DNA from: Rhynchopus sp. YZ270_cl-10
Lineage: Eukaryota
Length of the DNA: 64,000 nucleotides
NCBI GenBank assembly: GCA_964035575.1
Contig: OZ037843.1
Location: forward strand, 372,001 to 436,000
Direction: 5' to 3'
In this document: positions 45,551 through 57,006 of the stretch, one piece after another
Layout: the number at the start of each line of letters is the position of its first letter
Position numbering within the stretch: position 1 is the stretch's first letter
Translations under genes and position numbers: made by a program
The notes under the pieces: generated by a model
Told to the model about the DNA's origin: nothing
Seen by the model: the letters and a program-made list of their open reading frames with translations, nothing else
Database searches by the model: none

Positions 45551-46254
45551 TGGGGTGGCCACACCCCCGTCACAGCCAGAACGCGACTCAATTGGTCAAA
45601 CGCCGAAGGAAAAGGAAGCATGCATCATGGCGAAATTATAAAAGTAGCGTACCGTGCGCCTGCGGCGCAAGATTGCAACCCACCCTTCCCTGACATAGTT
45701 TGGCTGTAAAAATGTGCGATTATGAGCGCAATTTTTTGAAATATTGCGTACCGTGGCTTCGCTAGGAACCTTTGGGTGCCGTGACCGCCCTTTCTTTGTT
45801 ATAAATGTACTGGCTACTTACAATTCGTGCACCAGGCGCACAACAGGAAAAAAAACACAAAATGCCAAAGAAATACGTACCGACCACAGCCCGGGCAAAT
45901 GTCCCTCACCAGTATGGGGGTGACAACCCGAACGACTACCCGCACTCGCAAGGTGAGGGAAGCTCTGCCTAGTCATCCCGCATACCACACGGAGTATGAC
46001 AGGTGGAAAACAGAGTCTCTGGATCAGTTGGACGAGAAGTTCCGCTGTGAAGGACAAGGTACTGATATTGTTAACAACATCAAAGACTTCCTCATGTTGC
46101 AGGGGAAGTCAAGGGGTTCAAGGCACACCACAACTGGCCCCAGCCGAAAAAACAACTTTGATTTTGGGTGGGTGGGTGAGAAAAAATGAATCCTCAGTTT
46201 TTGCCCCTGTTTGTCCAGGAAAAATTTCCTATATAAAACCCTGTGGCCACTCCA
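45551..46254 (+). mobile_element. Deleted DNA-transposon remnant with a coding-like fragment
   Basis: Short IR TGGGGTGGCCACA / TGTGGCCACTCCA. Shares internal segments (inverted) with 54250-54660. ORF piece 45827-46189 is not assignable. Confidence 0.4.
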
Positions 46255-46562
46255 AAAAAAAAAAAAACCCCCACCTGTTTTACGAGAACACGGTCCTGTG
46301 CTTTCCACTTATAGCCTTGACCACACTCTGACGCAGGGATAATGCCTGACCAAACCTATCTCACCCGGGCCTAATTACCCTGGGCATCCAATGATCCCCG
46401 TTCGTTACCTGACGAGTGGAGGCGGGAGTAGGACGTAGTAGCGGTATCCACGAAACGAGAGATAGGCGAGGAAAGGCAGCGTGGAGTTCACACGAGAAAA
46501 AAGCGAGGTGTCTACACGTCATCAATTTATCAATTTATCAAAAAAAAAAAAAAAAAAAAAAA

Positions 46563-47118
46563 AATAACTATTTATTCACCTCCTTTTAGCGGGGTTTTAT
46601 TTTGCGATAACTTCACGCATTTTTTTCCCAGGCGAGGGCTACTTAATTTGCCGAGCGAAGCGAGGCAAATTGAGTGCACGAGCCTGGGAAAAAAATAAGT
46701 GAAGTATCGCAAAATAATCCGCTAAAAGGAGGTGAATACGTAATTTTATTTCACGGGAAATAAAGTATACGAAAGGATTTGGCACTTTTAGCGGGACTTA
46801 TTTATTGTGCAATAACTAACGAGTATGTGTCCTCACAGGAAGCTCTCAGGGAAAAAAAAAAAAAAAGAGCGTGAAAAAAAAAAAAAAAAAAAAGCTCTCA
46901 TTACCCTCCCGCCAGCGCTACCGGGTCCCGCGGACCCCTAGATAGGCCCGCTGAGGGGCTGGCGGGATTGAGGAGGCTGGAGGGAGGCTAAAAAAGGCTG
47001 GACGGTCCCTCCAGCCCTACTACCTACATGTACCAAAATTTGGCGTGAAATTATCATTAAATAAAATCCCGCTAAAAGTGCCAAATCCTTCGTATACTTT
47101 ATTTCCCAGGGGAATAAA
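46563..47118 (+). mobile_element. Hairpin-terminated, Crypton-like element, copy 2
   Basis: Near-identical to 14883-15437; sits inside a poly-A tract. Confidence 0.65.
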
Positions 47119-48109
47119 AAAAAAAAAAAATTGAACGTATTGAAAAGACAATGAACACAAAACATGTGATGTAATGAATAGAGATGACGGGGGGGTGTCC
47201 TGTGAGCGGGGCCAAGTGCGCACCTCAAATGACAGCTCGCAGAACACAACAAGAGAAAGGTGATGTGGCAAAGAAAAAAAAATAAATTGTGCCGTGCGCC
47301 TGCATCAACATATTATCTCGCTGTGCAGCACCCCACCCTCAGAGTGAGAGGTGTGTGCACTGGCTACAGTAAGACGTCTTGTTCCAGGGAGTAGTGACTG
47401 TAAAGCCACTTCACACAAACAACACAAAAAATATCGCAATTAAAATAGATGCTACCTGTGGCAGAGACTGGCAGACTTTTCAACTCTTTGAAAATGAATT
47501 GGACTCTGTCAGACTTTTTTTTCTCGCCAAACTTACTATTTATGAAGAAGACAACAAAACTCTTGACAGCAGGACACCCTGCAGAGCGTCACCATAGTGC
47601 CACAGCCGTGCGGAACTGTGGCTGCGGAAGGCTCTCCAGGAGTGACACTGCGTCACTCACACTACCCTGCAGGGCGCACAACGTTTTCTACCCATTTTCT
47701 ACAGAATAATAATTACTCGCTCCTGCGCACTATTTTGTGCATTTACATTACTTGATGCAAGATGGAAGAGGCTCATACAAGGCTGGATCCTCTAACACTA
47801 GAGAGATCCCATCGAGATCCCAAAATCATACACAGGTCTCCTTCATCCACAGACCACAGCTCTATTTTAAGTACAACTATGGGATGACCAATGGCCTTTT
47901 GTATACATACCCGAGGTATGACTCATCTTCTGCGAAGCCTCTTTTTAGGAGGTAGTTTACTGTAAGCAGCAACCATGATATTTTTCCACTAAAAATATCT
48001 TGCGGCCTCGTTGCATTGTATGTAATACGTAATTGTACGCTGTCCGAAAATTGTTTTCACATTGCGCGCTTGGAACAGGATTTTGTGAAGAGTCATAATA
48101 CCCTCATAG

Positions 48110-48981
48110 CAGTGGTCGCGCTAATTATGGGAAAAAATGGGGAAAAAATGGATTTCGGGTACGGAAAAACGTTCCTTGAAAAGGTTAGCTGGGGAGGCCC
48201 GGAAACCCCGTGTTGTGGCATTTCCGGGCCAATCCCGGCTTGTGGTGGGGTATATACGGAAAAATGGACAAAATTTTAGTGACTTAAATTTTCGCAAAAT
48301 ATGAACCCATACTCGTAAACAAGGGTCATTTTCAGGAAAATTCGGAAAATTCCGAGATTTGGAAGCAATTTTTCTCCTGAAAATCAGTGGGTTTTCAGCC
48401 CCAAAACATACCGCGATTGGGATTTCCGGAATCTGTCCGCACTGTGGTGGGGTCACTTTGCCGAAATGGCCAATTTTTTGGTTTTGGTCAAAATCCATGT
48501 GGGTAAAGAGGGCCAATGTAAATCCCACAACCAGATTTTCTCTCCCTGATCCTGACGTCTTGCAACATGAAAATGCGCGAAAACACCGGCATTTGCATTT
48601 CCGGAATTCGTCCGTTCTGTGGTGGGGTCAATTTGCCGAAATGGACAAGTTCTTGGTTTTGGTCAAAACCCGTCAGTGTAAGGTAAAGGGGGCAAGTGTT
48701 TGCCTGTAGAAACTGGTAGGAACAGGCAGCGCCGCAGGCGCACGGTAACCAACTTTTTTTTTTTTTTCCTTTTCTTTTTTCTCCTCTTTCTTTTGACTTT
48801 CCGAGCCAATTGCGTTCCACGGCGGGGTCACATGTACATGCAAGTCCACTATGTGGTGGTCTTACTCAACAATATTAGAACTTCTGGTTTCTTAATGAAA
48901 TCCCCGTACTGCAAAAAAAAACGTTCCTACCAAAACCCCCAAAAATCCCGGGATGAGGGATGGACTTTAGCGCGAGCCCTG
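48110..48981. mobile_element. hAT-type MITE, 8-bp TSD
   Basis: CCTCATAG|CAGTGGTCGCGCTAA ... TTAGCGCGAGCCCTG|CCTCATAG. Confidence 0.8.
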
Positions 48982-49019
48982 CCTCATAGTAAAAATAATG
49001 TTTTTTTTTTTCAAAAATA

Positions 49020-49125
49020 CAGTGGATAAACAAAGTTTATGCCTAAACTAAAGGCGGAATTGAAATCGATGGCGTAAATTACTTTAGGCGGAATTTTTCT
49101 TAGGCGGAACTTTGTTTAACCACTG
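49020..49125. mobile_element. 106-bp MITE
   Basis: TIR CAGTGGATAAACAAAGTT / AACTTTGTTTAACCACTG. Internal AGGCGGAA x3. TSD unclear. Confidence 0.6.
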
Positions 49126-49130
49126 CAAAT

Positions 49131-49360
49131 GAGAAATGCTCGATTTCGACCTCGAAAATACCCGTGACACCCATTTGTCATGGTAATTTGTCAAAAAAAA
49201 ATTTCGAAAGATTCGATTTGTTGACAAACCGATTTTTTTCATTGACAAACAAAATTTAATTTGTTGACAAATGACTTTTTTCATTGCCAAAAAAAAAAAA
49301 AATTCGAATTATTGACAAATCCATTTCTTCATTGACAAAAAAATGTCAAGGAAAAAATGG
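49131..49360. mobile_element. Diverged solo TIR related to the 2235-bp element
   Basis: gagaaatgctcgatttcgacctcgaaaatacccgtgacac... aligns with 20792-21040. Confidence 0.75.
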
Positions 49361-50346
49361 CTGCTCCGCAAAAAAGGGTTCGTTCAGTGACTCTGTGTAA
49401 AAAGCTAGATTTTTACACCATGGGTTTCCGCGCTGTATGCTTTATTATCCCCCAGTAACGAAAAAATAAAATTTAAAAAATGAAAAAAGTCGAGCCTTGG
49501 GCTAAGTTGAACAACACCAAAAAAGTAACAAAATGCAAAAATGTTACAAAAAAAATAAAAATCGCCAATTTATTTGTAGCAAAAACACTATTTTTACTAT
49601 GAGGGCAGTACTTTTATTTTTCCTTCCTTCAAAACTTCACACACAACGCTGTTGGTTCTTTGGTAGACTCACAAGGTGCCAGGTTCTATGATATGCACGG
49701 AACCACCCTGCACCTCTTTGTCATATTGTTTCCCGTGCAATATATGGAGAAACATTTCGTACTCGAAACTGGGGAAAGCTTTTTGATAAAAATTAGCGAA
49801 ATACAAAAACCAGCGCGTGTGGAAGAAAAAAGGAGAGGAAGATATTTTTTCTGATTCAAAGTGAAATTATTACGCATCCACTTGCCGTTTGGATAAGGAA
49901 AACAAAGATGAAAAAGGGGGTTTGGGGGGAAGAGTTTAATTCTTGAACGACAATTTTCCTGATGAAGATGTAGTGTGTGTGAGTGAGATGGGGAGCACGG
50001 GAGGGGAAAAAAGACGACTCGTGGATACTGAAAAATTTCCTTAGAAATGCATACATGTCTTATAAGTGTTTACGTTTTGGGTACGGGGCGGAGAATAAAA
50101 TCTGTTCGATAAAAGAAACATGAGCTTATTGCTGTATCCTGTTCAGTCAATAAAACTACAAAAAGAAGAACAAATTCTGAGCCAGCTCATATACCCCCCA
50201 AAACAATACAACAACAAGATGTGCATCCGAGGTGTGCACTGGTGCACCGCTTCATACCGAAGGGGCAAGACGAAACACACACGACATAAAAAAAAGTTGA
50301 AATGAATGTGAAAACATTACGCTGCACAGAACAATAAAACACAAAC

Positions 50347-52962
50347 TCAGTGCAGATCCACAACGTACGGTGCATAAGCCTTCGCCTCCACATAGCCCAT
50401 AAGCTCTTCGTAAGGTGTGCGTTGGTCCTGAGCGACGCTGTCCAGCAGAGAAGACGCCTTCTCAAAGTCCTGTTTGATGATGTGCTCGAAGACCTCGTTC
50501 CACAGTGCGTGCGGGTTGTTTGAGGCAGACTCCAGCTGGTACATCCACTCCTCGTTTTCGCTGCTGCACAGACCCTTCACAGCAAACACAGTCTGCACCT
50601 TGTCACTCAACTTCTCGTACAGCACAGCACCTGCACACTGGAGCACCACCTGTCCCTCAACCTCACGTGATACGGTAAGGTCGATGACACCAGGCAGGTT
50701 CTCCTTCTTGTTCCAACGCTCAAGCACAACCACCCACGACATGGACTGCGAAAGAATCGACACCTTCTTCATCCCGTTGCAACCCATGTTCCCGACACGT
50801 GCCTCACCTGTCGTGCACCCATACGAGATCTTGTGCACATCGCCAAGTTCTGATGCTACTTCGTGTGCAGCCTTCACACAAGCAACACCGTGCGACGACT
50901 TTGGAACAAAGGCGTTGAAGGTGGCAAGCATCTTGTCGCCAGCAAACGTGTCGCACACACCCTTGTTGTGCTGCACTGCTGTCAGCATCCTCTCAATCAC
51001 ACCTGCGTGTGCGGAGAGCACCTCTGCGTCCTTGTGCCTCTTGCAGAAGGCGTGCCACGACACGACGTTCATGTGTGCCAGCGACACCTTCTTCTTCTTC
51101 ATCCCTTCCACACGCAGCAGTGCCTTCTGGTTCTGCACAACGAGGGAGCTAGAACTCGCACGCGAGCGGGACACGCCTGACAGCGACGTCGTCTCCGGTG
51201 AGGACTTTGTCTTGGATATTTCCTCCTCCTCTTTGTCACTGTCGTTGACAAGCACACTCTGCGGCATGTAGTTTCGGTACTCCACCAGGTTCGCCACCAT
51301 GGTAACAAAGCTGCGCTGCATCATCCCCACTTCACTCAGCTGCGACACTGCACGGCCCGTGTCCACAGCCTCCAGGTCCATCACAGCCACACTTGCCATC
51401 TCACTCCCAAGCTTCAGCAGAGGTGACGTGATGTAACGTGTGAACACAACAGCAATGGCAAGAAGTCCGATCACCGCAACAGCCGTCACAATCACCATCA
51501 CAGTCACCGCATCCTCCTTCTGTGCGTCTGCAGAGGACAGATCTGATGCCACCTTCGCACGGATTGCATTCGTCGACGCATCAATCGTATCCATCACAGA
51601 CGCCCGAGGCACAAGAAGGGTTGAATACCAGAAGATTGTTATGTGTTCAATTTTCGATGTGATTGTCCAGAACTCCGTGCCGTTCGAGTCAGACCACTTC
51701 AGGAAGGCGTCCTCTGTCTTCTCCACAAGGTCTTTGTAGTTCTGCGGGTGTGAAAACGCAAACCGCCCGTGCTCTGCAATCACTGAGGGGATGTGCGACG
51801 TCGCGTCTTCCATCGAGTGGTTCGTTATGTTGATGCTGTATGCAAAATCTGTCAGGACGCCAACCTGGTTCATTTGCTCTATCATCTGCAGCTCCCGTCC
51901 TCTGTTGTACGCAACAAGTGTCCCCACTGCACCAGACACACGATCGTCCTCCACCAGGTACAGCGACGTGTCCTTCGGAAGCAGCTGTGCACGCACCACT
52001 GCGGTTACCCCATGCGCAGTCACGGCGGCAACGACAGAACCAACACGCTTGCCCTGCTTGGGGTACATCGTGTACATATCTGGGTGGGTGAAGGTGTAGC
52101 TCAGCTCCCACGCCATGTGGTCCCAGCGGACCAGAGCGGGTGAGTAGACAAGCGTCTCGGCAGGGTGCAGTGGTGGCTCGTCGGCACCTAAGAATTGGAG
52201 CTCGCGTCCACGGGAGAAATAGGGATCGGAACCTGGGGGTTCGAGAAACATTACGGGATAGATGCACATTCCCTTGACCTCGCCCTTGTTGTAGTCTGGC
52301 AGGTGGTTGCACGGCTCTGAGGGGTACTTCAAGGCTCCCAGTTCGTCCACATCAGATAAGACGACCATGTCCGAGTGCCCTCGCTGCTTTGTCACCGCGT
52401 CTAACAGCTCATATACATAGAAAACCTTCGTGCCGTTCGTCGGCGCGATGCCGGACGCTGGACTGATCTCAAAGAACGAGAACCGCGAGCCCCACCCTGC
52501 GTACCCTTCCCACCTCTTCCACGGAACAGGATGCACCGCACTCCACGGGTACGCTTCGAAGCCTATGGTGCTAATCCCAGAGTCCATCCCAGCCTGAAAA
52601 GCAGACATGACTGCAGGACGCATTATTGTGCGAGAAAAGTCGGGCCCCGTGGTGACGTTTGGGTGGTGTGCCTTCGCCAGTTTGACCATAGACATCACCA
52701 ACTGTTCAGGCACCTTCAGGTACTCCTTCACTGCCGTGTCCACGTTGCCAAGAACAGAGCGCAGGTAACGTGCCGAGACCGTTTCGATGTCCGCCGTACC
52801 ACTGTCGAGACACATCCCGAAGCCCTCGTCACCTGTGTCACGTGCCTTCTCCAGAAGGTCGTCCCATGTTGACAGAGTGAAGCCACCGATGATCGCACCT
52901 GTCGACAGAATCAGCACCACACACAGCAGTATTGTCAGCGACTGGATGCCACATGCCACCAT
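50347..52962 (-). CDS. Receptor-type cyclase-like protein A3, 871 aa
   Basis: Paralogue of A1/A2; intact ORF. Confidence 0.85.
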   Translation of the reverse strand: MVACGIQSLTILLCVVLILSTGAIIGGFTLSTWDDLLEKARDTGDEGFGMCLDSGTADIETVSARYLRSVLGNVDTAVKEYLKVPEQLVMSMVKLAKAHHPNVTTGPDFSRTIMRPAVMSAFQAGMDSGISTIGFEAYPWSAVHPVPWKRWEGYAGWGSRFSFFEISPASGIAPTNGTKVFYVYELLDAVTKQRGHSDMVVLSDVDELGALKYPSEPCNHLPDYNKGEVKGMCIYPVMFLEPPGSDPYFSRGRELQFLGADEPPLHPAETLVYSPALVRWDHMAWELSYTFTHPDMYTMYPKQGKRVGSVVAAVTAHGVTAVVRAQLLPKDTSLYLVEDDRVSGAVGTLVAYNRGRELQMIEQMNQVGVLTDFAYSINITNHSMEDATSHIPSVIAEHGRFAFSHPQNYKDLVEKTEDAFLKWSDSNGTEFWTITSKIEHITIFWYSTLLVPRASVMDTIDASTNAIRAKVASDLSSADAQKEDAVTVMVIVTAVAVIGLLAIAVVFTRYITSPLLKLGSEMASVAVMDLEAVDTGRAVSQLSEVGMMQRSFVTMVANLVEYRNYMPQSVLVNDSDKEEEEISKTKSSPETTSLSGVSRSRASSSSLVVQNQKALLRVEGMKKKKVSLAHMNVVSWHAFCKRHKDAEVLSAHAGVIERMLTAVQHNKGVCDTFAGDKMLATFNAFVPKSSHGVACVKAAHEVASELGDVHKISYGCTTGEARVGNMGCNGMKKVSILSQSMSWVVVLERWNKKENLPGVIDLTVSREVEGQVVLQCAGAVLYEKLSDKVQTVFAVKGLCSSENEEWMYQLESASNNPHALWNEVFEHIIKQDFEKASSLLDSVAQDQRTPYEELMGYVEAKAYAPYVVDLH

Positions 52963-54021
52963 TGTTCTGTGTACAGAAAGGGGAGAGAGTATCTGAGGAT
53001 GTGTGGTGTGGTGGATACCTTGTGAGGGTAACTCTTGTGCAGAACATAGCTATTGTGTGGTGTGGGGCGGGGGTAGCAGGTCCTACCCCATAGAAAAATT
53101 TATCCATTTTTTTTTCTTTAAATTTTACTGTGAACTCTGTTCCAGGGTGTTTGCTTTGTTGTTGTTTTGTTTTGTCCCGATATAGACCAGTGCATAACAC
53201 CTTGTTGCCTTCTCTGACTCCATGAATGGAACGGGATTCCAGAATACCGGGGCGGCTGCCCTGCTTACCGGTGCGTTGCTGGCTTGTGACGCAAATAAAA
53301 ATAAAGGTAAAAATAAAATCAATCTGGGGGCTTATGCGTTGAGCGCATCTGACTCAAAACGCACGTCGTTAAACAGCAGGGTGGGTCTGCGGGGAGCTCC
53401 ACCAGCTGGGACGCATCGGTCGGGTCTAACACCGCCGGTCGGTCGACGTATACTTCCTAACCGGTGCGTTGCTGGCTTCGTAAAAGTGGAAAAAAAAATT
53501 TGACATTCGAGAATAGAGGGGTCTTATGCAGCGACGGCCCTGTAGGTCGCGTGCACTCTGTATTCGGCAGGGTGTTAAGCCACGTCAGGGCCGTCGCTGC
53601 ATGGGGTCCGCGGGGATGCGGAACCTACATTTTTTCTCTAGTTCACGTAGGAAACTTCAAATCAGACGCGGCACCGTGGGTGGGTGCCTGCGTGTCTGGG
53701 GCTGGTTATTTTTCACGTACACGTACACGTACACGTACACGTACACGTACACAGTGCACTTCTTTGTACGTGTTGTCGCGTCATTGGAGTGTTCTGAACC
53801 GCCCAGAGAGAGAGGTCTGGCCACTCCAAAAAAAAAAAAAAAAAAAAAAAATGAACGTATTGAAAAGACAATGAACACAAAACAGTGTGGTGTAATGAAT
53901 AGAGATGACGGGGGGGTGTCCTGTGAGCGGGGCCAAGTGCGCACCTCAAATGACAGCTCGCAGAACACAACGAGAGTGAGAAAAAGTGATGTGGCAAAGA
54001 AAAAAATAAATTGTGCCGTGC

Positions 54022-54842
54022 CAGGGTTCTATACAGCATTCCGCCCAAGAGGGGCTGGCTCGGTCAGAATCGGTTTGACTCGGTCAGCCCAAAAAAAAAA
54101 TTTCCCCCCTCCACAGGGGATTATATAGGTTTTGGGGTTTTTCGCTGAAACTCGGTCGAGCCCGGGTCCCCAACCCAGCTCAAGTTGGGGGCCTCCGGCG
54201 GAATGTGAGAATTCCTCGGTTATCCAACTGCGGAGTTCGGCACTTCATTGAAGCAATTCGTGCACCAGGCACAAGTGGTACACGAATTGTCTGTAGCCTC
54301 AGTACATTTATAACAAAGAAAGGGCGGTCACGGCACCCAAAGCGAAGCCACGGTACGCAACATTTCTAAAAAAAAGTTGACATAAAACGGCACTGTCGCT
54401 GGTAATTGTGGTCAGCTTCCGTAATTTTACTCCCCTGTTTTTCTAAAACGAAAGTTTCTGGTGAAGCCACGGTACGCAACATTTCTAAAAATTGCGCTTA
54501 AAATTGCACATTTTTACTGCAAAAGTATATCATGGGAAGGGTGGGTTGCAATCTTGCGCCGCAGGCGCACGGTACGCTACTTTTATTATTTCGCCATGCT
54601 GCATGCTTCCTTTTCCTTCGGCGTTTGACCAATTGAGTCGCGTTTTGGCTGTGACGGGGTCACTTTGTTCATGAGGCCATTTCTGGTCACTCTCAGAGGC
54701 TCGTGTGAGGTACCAAAATTTCCACCCCAAGATTTGGAAAAAAAATCTGAGATTTATAAAAAAAAAAAAAAAAAAACGGCTGACCGAGTCAACGTCTGAC
54801 TCGGTCAGACCGACCGAGTGACCGGACCTGTATAGAACCCTG
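54022..54842. mobile_element. hAT-like non-autonomous element with 6-bp TSD
   Basis: CCGTGC|CAGGGTTCTATACAG ... CTGTATAGAACCCTG|CCGTGC (perfect 15-bp TIR). Empty site ttgtgccgtgcgcctgcatc at 47287-47306. Confidence 0.9.
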
Positions 54843-55264
54843 CCGTGCGCCTGCATCAACATATTATCTCGCTGTGCAGCACCCCACCCTCAGAGTCAGA
54901 GGTGTGTGCACTGGCTACAGTAAGACGTCTTGTTCCAGGGAGTAGTGACTGTAAAGCCACTTCACACAAACAACACAAAAAATATCAGATGCTAGTGTGG
55001 CAGAGACTGGCAGACTTTTCAACTCTTTGAAAATGAATTGGACTCTGTCAGACGTTTTTCTCTCGCCAAACTTACTATTTATGAAGAAGACAACAAAACT
55101 CTTGAGAGCAGGACACCCTGCAGAGCGTCACCATAGTGCCACAGCCGTGCGGAACTGTGGCTGCGGAACGCTCTCGGAGTGACACTGCGTCACTCACACT
55201 ACCCTGCAGGGTGCACAACGTGTTCTACCCATTTTCTACAGAATAATAATTACACGCTCCTGCG

Positions 55265-56718
55265 CACTATTTCATACAATGCAACGAGGCCGGGTACGCC
55301 TGAAAATACTCAGGTCTGGAAAATATATCTGAGGCGTGCCTGAGGCGTAGTCGGGATTAGTTACGTTTAAGAACGCCTCAGGCACGCCTCAGTATATATC
55401 AACGCATACTTGCGTTTCAGGCACCTGGTGTGGATTTTTCCCCCGCAAAAAGGGCCTCTGATGCATTTCCAGAGCGATCTGAAAAAATTACGGGGTTGGA
55501 CAATTTTTTTTAGCAAAAAATGCGTGACTTTAAGTTTGTACCAAAATCAGGGGCAAGTAAACCCGGTTTCATATTTCTGCTGATATAAAAAATTATTACG
55601 CACAGGTCACCACGTTTCTAAGGCATGCCATGTATTTCCCCCGCCCTGAAATGTGCTGAAATAAACTTTCAGTGTACTGCTGAGAAAATTGCGGGGTCGC
55701 AAGATATTTTTAGTGGATTTTATTTTTCCTTCCTTCAAAACTACACACACAACGCTTTTTTGGTTTTTTGGGAGACACACAAGGTGCCAGGTTCTATGAT
55801 AAGCACGGAACCACCCTGCACCTGTTTGTCATATTGTTTCCCGTGCAATACATGGAGAAACGTTTCGCACTCGAAACAAGGGACTCGCAAGGGACGTTTC
55901 GCACTCGAAACAAAGCTTTTTGATAAAAATTAGCGAAATACAAAAACCAGCGCGTGTGGAAGAAAAAAGGAGAGGAAAATATTTTTTCTGATTCAAAGTG
56001 GTGTTTACGTTTTGGGTACGGGGCGGAGAATAAAATCTGTTCGATAAAAGAAACGCGAGCTTATTGTTTTATCTTGTTCAAAAATATCATGGTTACTGCT
56101 TACAGTAAACTACCTCCTAAAAAGAGGCTTCGCAGAAGATGAGTCATACCTCGGGTATGTATAAAAAAGGCCATTGGCCATCCCATAGTTGTACTTAAAA
56201 TAGAGCTGTGGTCTGTGGATGAAGGAGGCCTGTGTATGATTTTGGGATCTCGATGGGATCTCTCTAGTGTTAGAGGATCCAGCCTTGTATGAGCCTCTTC
56301 CATCTTGCATCAAGTTGGGCCCCGAAGGAACCCAGTCGAAAAGCACCCCCGAGATTTGTTTCCAATGATTCTTGAACCAATGAAATACCAGAATGTACCA
56401 CCAAAAATATATATCATCAGCACCAAAGCTTAGCGAACCCTTTTCATTTTTTCGACTCGCTCGGCCCACAGTCACATTTTTCATCGTGCGATCCCGCATT
56501 TAAAAGATTTTGCTACCTCTGAATCGAAAACCACAAAATTTGGGGGGAAATACTTTTTTGTTCCTGACCAAAATGCTGGTAAGAATTATAAATATACTCA
56601 GGCGTGCCTGAGGCGTACTTAAACGAAACCAATCCCGAGTACGCCTCAGGCACGCCTGAGTATTTATTTTCAGGCCTTGGCGAGGCCGACTCGGCCTCGT
56701 TGCATTGTATGAATAGTA
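55265..56718. mobile_element. ~1.45-kb TIR element (CACTA-like left end) with a nested ~340-bp repeat
   Basis: CACTATTTCATACAATGCAACGAGGCCG / CGGCCTCGTTGCATTGTATGAATAGTA. Subterminal CGCCTCAGGCACGCCT repeats at both ends. Confidence 0.6.
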
Positions 56719-57006
56719 TTAAATACGTAATTGTACCCTGTCCGAAAATTGTGGTTTTCAAATCGCGCGCCTGGAACAGGATTTTGTGAAGAGTAGTAAT
56801 AGTATCTCAACAAAACTACAAAAAGAAGAACAAATTCTGAGCCAGCTATAATTCCACCCAAAACAATACAACAACAAGATGTGCATCCGAGGTGTGCACT
56901 GGTGCACCGCTTCATACCGAAGGGGCAAGACGAAACACACACGACATAAAAAAAAGTTGAAATGAATGTGACAATATTACGCTGCACAGAACAATGAAAC
57001 ACAAAC

